64,000 bases of DNA from Isurus oxyrinchus (taxonomy: Eukaryota). The notes beneath the pieces were generated by a model. The model ran no database searches. It was not told the origin of the DNA and saw only the letters and a list, made by a program, of their open reading frames with translations. Location of the stretch: positions 41,726,001 to 41,790,000 of the forward strand of contig JANJGN010000006.1 of the NCBI GenBank assembly GCA_026770705.1, given 5' to 3'. Numbering within the stretch: position 1 is the first letter of the stretch; each line of letters opens with the position of its first letter. Both the position numbers and the translations under genes were made by a program. Of this stretch, positions 50,087 to 64,000 are shown piece after piece.

Positions 50087-52049
50087 GTAAATCTGAGACC
50101 CCCGGCTAGGCCGCACTTCATGCCTAGATCCTCGATTACTATCTCCCCTTGTTCCCCCCCCCCCCCCCAAACCAGGGTTATGTGGGAGGCGATGGGCGAG
50201 ATAAAATGGTGGTCACCTCTACTCCTCCTGTCAGAAAGGGTGGTGGTGGGGGGGGCTGTTGATTTTTGTTAGAGACCCTGATCTTTGGGGGCTCCTCGAT
50301 TGGAGGTGACGTTTTGAACCAGAGGAGCCCCTGCGGAATTACTCCAGAAGCTGTGTCTGTGTAAGAAGCACGTTCAGTAATACCTTTCAAAAGGGAGTTG
50401 GGTAAGTCACTGGAAGGGGAAAAGTTAGCTGGGGAAATTGCCATCAATTGTGTCTTTTTTCCCCCCAAAAGAGCCAGTACAGGCATAACGGGCCGAATGG
50501 GCTCCTGCTGTGCTGTATGGCTATGTGAAATGCTGCAGAAATGTACAGGACTGTAGGAAGGTGGTCAGGATTGTCGGTAACCAGAGGACATAGATTTAAG
50601 ATAATCGGCAAAAAAAAAACTAGAGGGCTGATCTGAGTTTTCTTTGCTACAGTGAGTTATGATTTTGAACGTATTAAATGAAAGGATAGGGCAAACGGAT
50701 TTAGTAGTAATGAGAATCGGATAAATACTTGGCGGGGGTATCGGGAAAGACCAGCGGTGTAGAACTAAATGGATAGCTGCACCAAGGAACTGGGAGTCAA
50801 ACCGCTTGTGACCCTGTGAAGGGTTGGGAAAATTTGAACAATTGCCCTCTTTCTCCCCGCCCTCTGCTCAATCCCAGTATCCTTTCTCTTCGCGTACTTG
50901 GTGATCCAGCCTGCACGGATCGATCTGGGTTAGTTTGCATCTGCTGGAATGCTGTCAGTTTTTCATTGAGCAGTTACAAATGTCAGTGATTTAACTTGTC
51001 GGGAAAGGAGTGAGAGATTGGTATTTTGAGTGTTGGGGGAGGGAGCGTCATTAGAGATTTAAATCTCTATGGTTTGGCAATCTATGGTCAGTGTTTTGTG
51101 TTGTGTTATCAGTGAATCATTGTAACCAAAGGTTACACAATGACATTCCAGAGGAAGTAAAACAGTTCTGAATAGCTAGATGTGATTATAGTGGCTGTTG
51201 CTGTAGTGCAGAGGATTCCTGATGACGTAACAGGACAAATTAAGCATCCAGAGCTACCAACCCTCCAAAAAATGATTTGAGAGATTTTTTAATCAAGGTA
51301 TACCAACCGAAACATCTTTCTCTTAAAATTTCATTTGGGTGATGATGTAAAAGTTTGCACATCCTTTGTGTGCCGTTGCTGAATCTTGCAAATTTTATAG
51401 CGAAGCACATAATGTTTGTAGTTCAAGACTGTGTTTTGATAACTTGCATTGTGCCTTTAATGCAACATTTTTCTATGATGCTTTAAAGGGGTGTTTGGAG
51501 AAACTGACAAAATTGCAGAAAGGCTTGACATGATTGCAGAATGTTTTAAGAAACAGAGCAAAATGATAAATGAAGCATTTACAAAATATTTGCTCCAGCA
51601 TTTTTGATTAGAACAGACCCAAGAAAGATCTCGATTGTACACGTATCTTGTGAGCTCCCCATCACTTGCGTATTATCAGGAAGTAACCATGGGATACTGT
51701 TGATGCAGTTGGTTCTATTAATATACCTATTGCATTGTTTTCAGGATCCTGCAGGATATGAAGCAATCTCAGCTATTCCAGTTGTATAAATTAAAGTAAA
51801 AATATAAGGAAAGCTGAGACTTCAGTTTACTCTCCTATAATCATATACATAGATTATATAATACACTAATTAGGTCAGCTTTGGCACTTCAAAGCTTGTA
51901 ATCTCCAAGCACTGTTACTGACTCTGAGGTAAACTCTTGAATTACCTTTCAATTCAGAACTCTTCCAATTCAGTATTGATGCTAGGATTTCTGTAAAACA
52001 ATCGTACTCTGCCTCATTAAACTGTTGGAAAAATGCTTAGAAGAATAGC

Positions 52050-53900
52050 TGCTTGCATTTATAAAGCACCTTTAACATAGTTAAACATTTCAAGGTGTTT
52101 TGCAAGAGCTTTATTGACCAAAATTTGGCATTGAACCACATGGGGATATTAGAGTAATGACCCAAACCTGTTCAAGGAAAGAGCATCTTAATGGAGGAGA
52201 AAGAAGTGGGATCATTTAGGGAGGGAATCCCAGACTTGGGCCACAATTGCCAATCATAGAGCATTTAACATCTGCGACACTCGACCTGAATTGGAGTTTT
52301 AAAAAATTCTTTGGGTTGTGGGGTTGCTGGCAAAGCCAGCATTTGTTGCCCATCCCTAATCGCCCTTGAACTGAGTGGCTTTCTAAGCCATTTCAGAGGG
52401 CTGTTAATAGTCATCTTGATTGCTGTGGATCTGGAGTCACATGTAGGCCAGACTGGATAAGGATGGCAGATTTCTTTCTCTAAAGGACATGAGCAAACCC
52501 AGTTGGTTTTTTACAACAATCAATGATAGTTTCACAGTAATCATTGCTGGGACAAGCTTTCAGTTCCAGATGTATTGAATTCAAATTTCACAAGCTGCTA
52601 TGGGATTTGAACCCATGTCCCCAGAGCATTAACCTGGGTGTCTGGATTACTAGTCCAGTGACATTACCAATATGTCACTGCCTCCACCAAAGGAATGCCG
52701 ATATCTCAGCGAGTTGTAGGGCTGGCAGAAATGATGATGGGCAAGGCCGTGGAGGGATTTTGAAACAAGGATTAGAATTTCAAAATTGAAGTATTGTTGA
52801 TCCGGGAGCCACCTCTAAGTCAGCAAGCACAGGGATGTTTAGGACTTGGTGTGAGTTAGGTCATAGGCACCAGACTTTTGATGGCCTCAGGTTTATAGAG
52901 GGTGAAAAGTGGAGTCAGGCATGCGATGGAAAAGTCAAGAGTAGAGGTAACAGGCATGAGAGTTTCAGCAGAAGGTGAGCTGAGGCAGGGTTGGAGCTAT
53001 GCAATGTTACAGAGGTGGAGATAGGTGGTCTTAGTGATGGTACAGTTATGTGGTTGGAAGTTCATGTCAGGGACAGAATGACACCAGGGTTGAAAGCAGT
53101 TTGGTTCAGCTTCAGACTTTTGTCAGGGAGAGGAATGGAATCTGTGGCTAGAGAATGGAGTTTGTGTGGGGACCAAAAACAATGGCTTTGGTCTTCCCAA
53201 TGTTTAGTTGAAGGAAATTTCCGCTCATCCAATACTAGAGGTCAGGACAGGTTCCCAGGGAGGTGGTGGTCAGGTGGAGTTGGGTACCATCAGTGTACAT
53301 GTGGAAACTGACACTGTATTTTTCGTTGTCGCTAAGGGGCTGCATGCAAATGAGAAGGTGGGGGAGATACATGAGAGGGCATCAGAGGTAATGGTGTGGG
53401 AGCAGGAAGAGAAGCTATTGTAGCTGGTTTTCTGATGACAGATCAGTTAAGAATGGAAATAGGTTGAGAGCAATCCTACATGGCTGGACAATGATGTGGA
53501 GGTGTTGGAGGAAAATGATGTAGTCATAGGTTGCCAACAGGTTGAGAAGGATAAGGATGAAGTGTCTTGCCTTTGTCAGTCATATAGGTGTTACTTGACT
53601 TTGAGAGCCATTTGGAACCGTGGAGGGGTGCAGAAACCTCATTGAAGGGTTCAAACATGGAGTTCCGGGAAAGAAGGGCATGATTTGAGAGGCAACATCA
53701 TGTTCAAGGACATTGGAAATGGGGTTTCAGTTTGCAAGGATGGATGGATCAAGGGTTTTTTTGAGGAGAGGGGTGATGATGGGGACATTAATTGTTGAGC
53801 GAGAACAGTTAATAACTGTGAACATTGGGAGATGGAAATTGGATGATTAGCCTAGTAGGAATAGGATTGAGGGAGCAGGAGCTGGGTCTCATGTACAGTT
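52050..53900 (-). mobile_element. L2-like LINE, degenerate, interrupted by a SINE
   Basis: Reverse L2-type tail GCTTGCATTTATAAAGCACC at ~52051 followed by long purine-rich antisense ORF2 remnant. Confidence 0.6.
52311..52686 (-). mobile_element. tRNA-headed SINE = head plus tail of the 41345-44525 LINE (other copies ~28150-28500, and 40910-41018/44738-44910)
   Basis: 52330-52368 matches the LINE 3' end (~41375-41412) and 52375-52686 matches the LINE 5' region (~44240-44525). Confidence 0.8.
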
Positions 53901-56900
53901 ATGAACATTGTCCTCCTAAACTTAAATTTTATCTGGCTAAAAATTCTTTGTTCATATAGTTAAGTCAGTTGCTTGTGATTACAGATCTGTCACCGGTGGT
54001 AGTGGGAGCAGTTGCTGACAATGAATTAAGATCATCACAGAAGAAAGATAGTCGCTCAGTGTTGGGATTTTGGCTTAAGTGCAATTTGTCCTTGTAGCAT
54101 GTTGAAGGAATGTAGCATGGTGATAGTGTTGTAGACTGATATGTTGTGAGCAATCTGGACTTTGTTCTTTTATGCCTCCACTAGTATAGAAGAAAGTTAT
54201 ATTTCACATTTTTTTTCTTTACAATGCAAATTCTACACTGATTTTGTGCTCCACTGCTGATGCTGATTTCAGTGCAGTTTGCGCCTTTTGATTAACACAT
54301 TTGTGAAAGTTGTAACCTCTGGCAGTGTTGCTAGCTGAACACATGCACTTGTAATAGACTCTGCAAGCAGCTGCAGGACATCTAGTTACTACAGAAATAC
54401 TGCTGGAGAAAGAGCAGGAATGAGATGTATTGAAGGTGTATTGTGCCATAGTAGCACTATTCCTTATTTGTTACATTAAACGTGTTTACATCCTGATACC
54501 TGATTAACTTACTTAATGGTTGGTTTTGATTTAGACACTTCGTGCACTTTGGATCTTGACACTTTGTTAGTGTTAATATTTCAGATTTATTTCCTCCACA
54601 AGGCAAGCTTCCATGGCCAAGTTTGTGCTTCCTATGAAATGGCACATGACGTGCAAAAGATCTAATAGGACATAGGGTAAATGTTGAGGCCATTTTCCTT
54701 TGGAGTATGTGCCAGAAATAGTATGGGTTGTCAACTGTACATTCTTGATTTCTGAACCACTGATGGACTGTTTTGTTCTGGATAAGCTACTAATTATTCA
54801 AGCAAAAAGGGATACAGGAGTTAGATTACAGAATTCACAACTCTCTGCCATCTGTTCTCTTCAGTAATTTTGAGTCATGAGTCCATGACAGAAGCTTTAT
54901 ATGAGAAATGAACTGCATTGAGTCTTTTATTAAGCTCCTAACCTGTAAAATAGCAGAGTTAATTAGGAAACTGAAGAACATGGGCCACCACTTATGATAG
55001 CTCACTCGCTAATACTTCTAAAGATGAGTTATATAATTTCTCATGATCTGAACCTAACAGACTTTATGTCTGTTGTAAAGGGCGGCAGGTTTCAAGTGAG
55101 TTGGTGAGGGGTCAACTGGGGGCACCAGGTAAATCAGCAAGTAGTGACTTGGTGATCCCAAATTTGACTTTTAAAACTCAACTTGTAAATTGAATGTAGA
55201 AAACTAAAGAAGACAAGTTTTGGAGCCTTGAGAAAAATGATTACGAGCAGATTAGCATGATGCTTTGAGGCTTGATTTCAAATTACAAGTGTAAAAATAT
55301 GTAGGTTATTGCATTTTGAGCATAGGAAGAATGAGAGGAACGTTTATGAGAGCAGTGACCTTGTAACAGAGATCTGAGAAAGGAGTGGATAATGCTTCTC
55401 TCAGCTGTGGTCTCTAATCAGACAATTCTTTTAAAAATATCTTGTACTGGAATGTAAGGGAAGTATTAGTGAGCCTTTCCAGTTGGAACAATATTGAAGC
55501 CTTGGACAGACTTGGGATTAATTGTTTTATATAATTTTATAATATCAGTAACTACTCAATGAAAAAGCAAGAATAAGATTCTTCCTTTCTATTAATTTGC
55601 ACGAAAGCTAATAGAAGTTTAATTTCAAAGATAATTTACAGGATTTTCTTTGCCTGGTTGGACAATTATGATAGTTGTACCGAGATAGAACCTGCAAGAT
55701 TTTTTTCTTATCAAGAAGAGTATTTTTGTTCAGTTAACATTGGCAAAATTCACTTTTACCCCACTGGTGTCCTGTTTTTGTTTGAGGAATATCACTTTTT
55801 TATTGTACTGTAAATAAGTGCATTTTAATTTGTATAGATCAGAATGTGAATCACAACCAATTAACGAGGGATTGAAAATAGTTTCAGCAGCTAGAGTTTG
55901 GGCCTCCTTTCCTCCACAGTTGTCCACTTGTTCTAGAGAGACTGTAATTGAGCTTTGTGAGTTGGTACTTTAGACTTGCTTCAGAAATGAATGAATGGTG
56001 CTCCTCAACAGAAAAATAAACTTTGAGCTGTATCCATTGTAGATCAGTGTGGAAAATGGATTCAGCCAGGGCAGCAGAAGATAAAAAGAGGGAAATCGAA
56101 TTTGTATCCTCTTGAGCATTGTGGAATAATGTGGAGACTATGAGGTGATTTCTTAGGTTTCACAGAAGAGTTGGGGGACCAATAAGGAGCTCTGTGGTGT
56201 TGGATTAAATTATCCATGTCTACAGAGCCATTTCTATAAAGTTTACAGAATTCAGCCTTAAATTGAAACTTGCTCGAGAGCAGCAGGATGAATAGGTGAA
56301 AGAGAAATATGAATGATGCATATCCAGCATATGTGCTGGTTCCTGCTGATAAAGCACAATGGTTTTGTGGAGAGAGCATTCCCTTGAGAACACAAAGAGG
56401 AGCAGGAGTGGCCCATTGAGCCTACTCCACCATTCAGTAAAATCATGGCTGATCTAGCACTTTAACTCCTTTTCCTGCCTGCGCTCCATATACCTTAATT
56501 CTGTCAATGATGGAACATCCACAACCCTTTGCGATAGAGAATTCCAAAGATTCACAACGTTTTGAGTGAAGCAATCATTGAATGATTAAATCCTACATGA
56601 GTAGGCTTTTTCAGGTCATTGATAGGCCCTGCTAAAAGGCATGTGGCTTAAATAGGTAATGTCCTTACAAAGTGCATGCAGGTGCACAAGAAGGGCTCTT
56701 AGGAAAAATTGAAGTAACATCGGAAAGAATAGATGATTGGGTGCCTTGGATCATAGACTTAGAAAGGGAAGGTATGAATTTTAAATATATTCTTGGAAAA
56801 ATCAAATCATTATTGAGAAGTTGTTTTTAAATATAATTTAGTATGTTGCATTTGGAGAGTAGTTAATGTAAAACCAGGTGAGGAAAAAGTGGTTATAAAC

Positions 56901-57286
56901 TGAAAAAGCCAGAAATTGACTTTGTATAAGTATACAGTGGAATTTTATCATTTGTTTAAGCAACAGGTTGTCTGTCTAGTTGCAAAGATTCTACTGAAAC
57001 ATTCCTGATGTAGGAGTGTCCAAACTTTTTATTGTAACAGGACATTCGGTTTCACTTCGGGGCTTGACTGCACATAAGCAGTTATAACACAGAACACTAA
57101 GTTGAGGGGTTATTTTAGAAGTAGTCAATTATTGGAAATTTCCATATGATCATTTTACCCCACCTCAGGAAGGATATATTGACCTTGGAGAATGATAGCT
57201 ATGGCTTAGAGGGTTAATTAAATAAGACAGTTTGCATAAATGTGGCTTGTAGCACCATGAATATAGGAGAATGAGAGCTGATCTGA

Positions 57287-57478
57287 AACAAAAACAAAAA
57301 TACTAGATATACTCAGCTAGTTTATGTTTCAGTTCGATGACCTTTCATTAGAACAGTTCTGAAAGGTCATTGACCTGAAATGTTAACTGTTTCTCTCCAT
57401 AGAAGCTGCATGCCTGAGTTTTTCCAGCACTTTTTTACTTCAGGTTTCTAGCAACTGCAGTATTTTACTTTTGTGTTG
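57287..57478. mobile_element. Palindromic Penelope-derived element with degenerate TSD
   Basis: Inverted halves around GAACAGTTC. TGAGAGCTGATCTGA (57272) vs TGAGGGTTGATCTGA (57479). Related single half at ~19495-19590. Confidence 0.65.
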
Positions 57479-60400
57479 TGAGGGTTGATCTGATCGTGTT
57501 TGTAATTAATAGATTTGACAAGTTAGGCACAGAGAATCTCTTTCCTTTGGTGGGGGATTCTCGACTAACAGTTAATAACCTTGGAATTAGAACTCGGCTA
57601 TTTAGTAGTGAAATCAGGAAAGACTTGTTCTCACAAAAGGGTATTGGAAATTTGTAGCTCTCCCCAAAAGGCTGTGGATGCTGGATGTCAGTTGAAATTT
57701 TCAAGCCTGAGATTGACATTTTTTTTGTTAGGTAAAGTATCAAATAACATGGAGCAATATGTTAATAGAATCCAAGTCTGTTGATAAAGTCAAAAACACG
57801 ACACAGCTGTTCTTTACTGAGAGTTTATTGACTTTGTTCAGCCTCATAGTTCTCTCTCCCCAGTGTCTCAGCTGTCCCCTATTTCTGTGTGATCAAAGTA
57901 CTTAATTAAACAATGCCCTTTTGCTTGTGTATCTTAACAATATAAATAACATACAGATTCCCCTTTCTTTCCTTAAACAATGAACTTTATAACACAATTT
58001 AAAAAAAATGATTTCCCACGTTTCACATAACACACATCATGATGCAAGACATCCCTCTTCTAAGACCTCCAACACTTCAGGCAAGCATTCCTTTTTGTTA
58101 AAGTCTGATAATTGATGATTAGTGTGAACCCATCTTAGAGATCTTTCCCTCTAACATATTTATGCTGGCAAGGTCAATCCTTAACCTTTTCTCAGTCGCA
58201 CTCTTTGTTGAATGTACATCATTCCATAGAGAGTGATTATCCACATAACATTCAATGGGAAAACTTTTCTCAGAATGCCGCTTGTGTAGGATTTTCCTCA
58301 GAATGTTAGATAAATAGACTCCCAAATCTATCGCTTCTACTAGAGCTAGTGTTTCTGCAGTTAGGGTGCTTTTAACTACCCCTTTTACTTTTTTCGCTTC
58401 CCAGGCCAATGAACAACATTTGTTATTCTCTCCTACCAAGATATTATGAACCCTGCTGTACCATTAGCATGTGAAGCATCACTAAAAATGACCAATTTCA
58501 CATCTTCTGGATCACTCAATGCTGGCACATTAAGTGTGCTGTTCTCGGAATTTAATCTCTTTAATAATGTTTTATTTGCTCTCAGAACTTCCTCAACTGT
58601 AGCATGTTTCACAGTACTCAGTTCCAATATGTCAACACTAGCATCAGGCCTAGTCTGCATACACAACTAGTTCAACTGTCCAATTAAGACGTTTGATTGG
58701 CCTATTTCTTTCATGGATTCAGAATCCTTTTTTTGTGAGGACCTGACAAGATTTATTCGGATGGTTATTGATATTTTCTAAATAAGATTATTGATTCAAG
58801 GTCTGTACTGACTTATTCTGTTTAACGTCTAACCCTTTATATTCAAAGACCCCTGAAGCCTGACTTCCAATCTTAAACTCCTTTATTTTACATTTCACAC
58901 ATTGCTCAGATTCTGCTGAACCTCCCCACAGAAAATCATCAACATTATAAGGATCCTTGCTCGTTTCTCCTTGTGATACCAATAAAACATTGTAACCTGT
59001 TTTCAACAGGGCGGACCTAACTGAGAAATACCACACCCTTGATGCATCATTCTACCCATAAATGCACTTGTTAATTTCCACAGTTTCCCTTCAAAATTGC
59101 CAGCTTCTTTAGGTAATATCAAAATTGCTTCCTTTTGAAATTTCTCACCCTGCAAAAATGCAGCTTTTATATCAATTGATTTGCATTTCCAGGATATGTC
59201 ACTAAAAGAGCTTAGAAAATCTTCAAGCTCACATTTCCTGCAGCGGGGGAGTCCACTCTGGCATATTGTCCACCAAGTCTCTCTTCAAATCCTTGAGCTA
59301 CTTAGCATGCCATCAAGAACATGCACGTCCTATGTAAATTTTCTGTGTGTATCCGCCTGAGAGATAAAGCTGGCAGTCACCCCTCTGGTATTTTAGAGTT
59401 TGCACTAAATTCTTTCCAACTACTTTGTTTGGCATCCTTTATCAACTTCTCTTCTAATTTGTTGGTAGTCATTAAAACTTCTTGATCATAAGGGCTTCTA
59501 CTACTTGTGGCATTCCTAGCCTGTTCAATGGTCCTCATTCTTGTCAAACTATGACCTCTACTCGCCCTCCTCTCTCTTTCTGGACTACTGCTACACAATC
59601 TCTCCCACCTACTACTAAAGTCCATGATCTTTTTCTAGGACCATGATCATTCCTGCTTTCAGAACTCGCACTGCATTTTCTGGTCTTCCTACCCCATTTT
59701 GCCAATCTGTGGATCTTACCTCCTGTACCTCATCTTGCACAATCAGCCAATGTCTGTATTGGTTGGTGGCTTTTCCTGCTCTCCCTATAATGGTGACATC
59801 CCTCCATTCACTGGCCCCTACTGGCATATGTGTTACTCTAGTGCCAACTTTTGGTAGTTGTCCTTTGGGATAATTAAACTTATCCTGTGCTTCAGTATCA
59901 TTTTGTTCAAATTCATTCAGCTCTTATCTGCCATAATTTACTTCTCGTAATTGTACAACATGTGTATGTGAAGTGCATAGCGCCTCTTAACTTTCTATTA
60001 CCTTCAGATTCTGTAAATGTGTAATCAGTGCCAATTAGCCTCAAGGAATGTACCCTCATGTTTGATTTCCATGTTGTAAAATAGCTATTTTTCAAGCACA
60101 GCCAATAACCGTAGCCGGGCCTTTCCACTCTTGCGTAATATACCATGTCCCTGGATTAAAATTTATTTCTGGTGGCCATGTGTGGTGCTGTGAGGCTTGT
60201 TGAATTTTCTCCGAAACTTCAGCCTTGATAAATGCCCTTCTCCTTGTTTGCCGGGCACTCAAGTCCTCAAAAAAACTTGAACTAACTGTAGTCTCTTCCA
60301 CAGCCAGGATGATCCCACATCGCCAAAGATATTTTAGGATTTCTCCCATAAACTAATAGATAGGGACTGTAGCCCCTGACCATTTGAAGTGAATTCTTCG

Positions 60401-60586
60401 CGTAGACTGCCCTCATTGGGGCAGATGTCAGTTTACAGCTCGGTTGGTCAGCTATGATTTTGTGAAGCATCTTATCAATTACTGTGTGGTTTATTTCATG
60501 AACCTCATTAATAAAGGGACTTTCCACTGTTGAGTTCATTACTACGATGTTCATATTTTCGCACACATTTTTAAATTCATCGTTGA

Positions 60587-61890
60587 GGCATTTGGAAAGT
60601 CAAAATGCAATCCATCAGAGTCAACATAGTTTTATGAAGAGTAAATTGTGTTTAACTAATTTGCTAGATTCTTTGAAAATGTGACAAGTAAAGTGGATAA
60701 TGGGGATCTTGTAGATGTAATATATCTGGATTTCCAGAAAGGTGCCGCACAAAAGGTTAATATACAAGATAAGATCACACGGAGTTAGGGGTAATATATT
60801 AGCTTGGATAGAGGATTGGCTAACCAACAGAAAGCAGAGAGTTGGGATAAATGGGTCTTTTTCTGGATGGCAAGCTGTAACTAGTGGGGTGCCACAGGGT
60901 TTGGTCCTTGGGCCCCAACTATTTACGATCTACATTATGCCTTGGATTCAGGGACAGAAGGTACTATAGCTAAATTTTCAGTTGACACCAAAATAGGTGG
61001 GAAAGTAAGTTGCAAGGAAGAAATAAAAAATTTACAAATGGATATGGACAGGTTAGGTGAATGGGCCAAAATTTGACAGATGGAGTTAAATGTGGATAAG
61101 TGTGAGGTTATCCATTTTGGTCAGAAGAATAAAAAGGTGACTTATTATTTAAATGGAGAGAAACTTCAGAATGCTTCAGTGCAGAGGGATCTGGGTGTCC
61201 TCATGCATGAATAGCTGAAAGCTAGTATGCAGGTACTGCAGGTAATAAGGAAGGCAAATGGAATTTTGGCATTTAATGCTAAAGGAATAGAGTATAAAAA
61301 TAGGGAAGTGTTGCTGCAACTGTACAAGGCATTGGTGAGACCACACCTGGAGTACTGTGCCTAGTTTTGGTCCCCTTGCTTGAGGAAGGCTGTAGTTGTA
61401 TTGGAGGAGGTTCACTAGATTGATTACAGAGATGTGGGGCTTGTCTTATGAGGAGAGATTGAGCAGTTTAGGCCTATACTTACTAGAGTTTAGAAGGATG
61501 AGAGAAGATCTAATTGAGGTATATAAGATGCTAAAGGGAATAGACAAACTAGACGTGGAGCAGATGTTTCCCCTTGTGGGGCATTCTAGAACGAGAGGCC
61601 ATAGGGTTTAGGCTAAGGGGTGGTAGATTTAAATCAGAGATGAGGAATTACTTTTCTCAAAGGGTCGTGAATCTATGGAATTCACTACTTCAGTGTAGTG
61701 GATGCCAGGACACTGAATAAATTTGAGGAGATAGACAGATTTTTAATTAGTAACGGGTTGAAAGGTATGGGGAGAGGGTGGGAAATTGGAGTTTAGGCTG
61801 AAATGAGATCAGCCATGATCGTATTGAATGGCGGGGCGGGCTCGAGGGGCTGAATTGCCTACTCCTGCTTCTAGTTCTTATGTTCTTATA
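60587..61890 (+). mobile_element. CR1 3' fragment inserted in the Copia integrase
   Basis: WIEDWLTNRKQRVGING, GVPQGLVLGP, tail TTCTTATGTTCTTAT; TTGA on both sides; integrase GEEFVN-DEFKN rejoins across it. Confidence 0.88.
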
Positions 61891-63784
61891 TTGACAAATT
61901 CCTCACCCCCACCCCGTTGTCAGTTGGAATTTAGCCAGTGTTCACCGTCCAGTTCATATCTATGTTTTCCATTATCTTGTCCACAATTACCTTTTAGCCT
62001 TTAGTAGGTATTACTGTTGATAGACTGAATCTAGTTGCTATGAAGTACAAGAGAAAAATGTTTTTGTCCTTATCCCATACTTTTAAGCCATTGCAGCAAT
62101 TTCATTAAAGCCTCTTACTAATGGGAGACTCGCTACAGGCCATGATGCTGTCGTCCTATATATTTTCTCAGTGATCTATAAGTTTACTATATTCACTCTT
62201 TACTACTGCCTCCTTTAGTAGAATTTTTAACCTTTGACGGATGCATACGCAAACTGCCACTGTAGTTTTACGACAGTTTGCATTTTTCCTTCGAGCTCCT
62301 AACCCCTGATGTCATCAACACTTCTTTAATATCATGATTAGAAACGTTAGGCGTTGTTAAGGGGATACAATAATGTCCTGATTATGTGAACTGTAAATCT
62401 ACAGATTTCTCAAAAACAATTGCCTTATCATGATCCATATCTAATTTCATTTGAGCCATTTTCGTAGATGGCTTATTCAACAGTTAAGGGTATTTCACTG
62501 GATGCTACATCTGTGCAGTTAAAAGGGATTATCCCGGCTATTTTACACAGAATGACCACTCTCTTTAGTGATTTTTAAAGTGTTATCGTCCCTAAACCTG
62601 AAGTAATGGAACTTTCATTTTCCTTAACCTTACTTCAGTCTGTATTATTTTTAGAGAATCCAGGTAGCACTTTAACCAATCCACTCCACAAACTCTGAAC
62701 GTGCACCCACTGTCTAATACAGCACAATTGAATGAGTCCGTGACTAGAACACCCATTACTGGACTAAAGCTTCTGGTGACCAGTACAGTTCCTTCTGACC
62801 GATCAGAATCGTCATTTTCTCCTTCCAATCCTCTGATGTGTGTCATTTCAAAAACCTTGTCATTCCATTTCGGATAATTAATCACATTATGATATTTTGA
62901 GTCACATCTGAAACACCTGTTTAACCATTCCTCTTATTCCTCTGGTTCATTTTCCTGCCACAGTTAGCCAATTCTTGTCATCATTCGAAGCTACCAAAAG
63001 GGCCGCTATCCTCATTTCCTTTTGTTTCTGGTGGTTCTTTGGTCTTAATGCTTTTGCCCCATAACTAAACAGTCTCAATGCTGCCAGCTATGAATCCTGA
63101 GTTTCTTGTGTTATTGCTGAATGTCCCATTGTTGTCATGAAAGTGGCTGGAAACGAATGTTGCCCTGAAATTTTTTTAAAACTTCAAAATCTATTCCAAA
63201 AGTGTATCACTTTGAGAATCTTAACTCCTGTCAAGACCAGGTGCCTATTCATGTTCAATACTTAAGCACAATCCAAAAACTTGAAAGCAAGCACTGAATT
63301 GGGTGTTGCTAAATAGAATTTCTGCACTCTTGTATGTAAGCTGTTAAATTGCATGATATATTCTTCTGTGGAATAACCTCCATCCTTCTAAATTTATCAA
63401 AGTTTGACCATGCCTCATATGGATTTAACTGATCATCTTTCTTATAAATTTTGTCCATGAATTTTAAGTTTATCCAAACCTTCCTAAGTGTCCAACTGAT
63501 GAGCCTTCAGCTCCAAAAATACTTTGCACCTGACCCTGTTTCTGGTGGAAAGTGAAACTGCCAAGGCCATTCCTTGTTTTTTCTTTGGCAAGGATGTAAC
63601 CCTTGTCCACATATCCACTTCATTTTTTCCAATGGTCATACGGTTCAGCTTCACAGAACAACATTGGAAAATGATATCCTGATACTTTAGACTTATTTTT
63701 TTGGAGAAAGATGGCTGAAAGCAACTCCAATTACAATCTTCTGCCTGAAAATAAGTCTTAATTTCCAATCTTCACCTCTAGGCC

Positions 63785-63802
63785 AACCTTTCTTTACTAC
63801 TA
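63785..63802 (-). promoter_or_regulatory. Degenerate tRNA-iMet primer-binding site of the Copia element
   Basis: Minus TAGTAGTAAAGAAAGGTT vs expected TGGTAGCAGAGGATGGTT (13/18), adjacent to the 5' LTR. Confidence 0.6.
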
Positions 63803-64000
63803 ATATTATTAGAATCCAGGCTGCTTGGTGAAGTCAGAGAGCTGTTCTTTACTAAGAGTTCATTGACTTTGTTCAGACTCATAGCTCTCCTCCCACCCCA
63901 GTCCCAACTGTCGCCTATTTCTGTATGATCAAAGTACTTAATTAAACAATGCTCTTCACCTGTGTATCTTAACAGTATAATTAAAGTACCATTAACTCAA

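Larger units (their letters stand above)
57760..63990 (-). mobile_element. Ty1/Copia LTR retrotransposon (GalEa-like), full-length but degenerate
   Basis: LTRs 57760-57955 and 63804-63990. Minus-strand order gag (63484-63768), protease AVLDSGC, integrase, RT (VDDFLWGG, TRPD), RNase H (STLTAET, YVDN, EKRLRID). PPT GGAAAGAAAGGG at ~57960-57972. Confidence 0.88.

Noticed and set aside
49037-50170. Antisense or upstream ORFs in the CpG island as a divergent gene
   Set aside because: Low-complexity GC-rich frames with no domain or splice support.
57755-63995. 5-bp TSD for the Copia element
   Set aside because: Flanks CAATA and ATTAA do not match, so none is claimed.
50087-64000. STRN exon 2
   Set aside because: I did not find a segment encoding the expected AQIAFLQGERKGQENLK-like sequence; it probably lies beyond the window, though a miss is possible.

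Overview
This is eukaryotic DNA, most likely from a cartilaginous fish (inferred from the repeat complement: CR1, L2, Tx1, Neptune-type Penelope and tRNA-SINEs; not proven). The + strand carries the last 11 coding exons of HEATR5B (3250-26652, ending ...[12 protein letters not shown]). About 22 kb of almost pure transposon follows, then the CpG-island promoter and first coding exon of striatin (STRN, 49832-50086) and the start of its intron 1. The most striking feature is a Tx1-clade LINE at the window start whose whole ~54-nt 5' UTR (1437..1384, minus strand) derives from the 5' end of U1 snRNA. It starts exactly at U1 +1 and its first 21 nt match vertebrate U1 as I recall it. The U1-70K loop and U1's internal AUG are gone, and ORF1 starts immediately after. 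A second LINE family has a tRNA-derived head, no ORF1, and internally deleted SINE-like derivatives in the same window. Also present: Penelope elements with minimal hammerhead-ribozyme motifs, a four-level nested insertion with two readable TSDs, two large fold-back repeats around one exon, two intronic minisatellites, and a GalEa-like Copia element. Boundaries of old repeats are approximate, and family names come from motif recognition rather than database searches.
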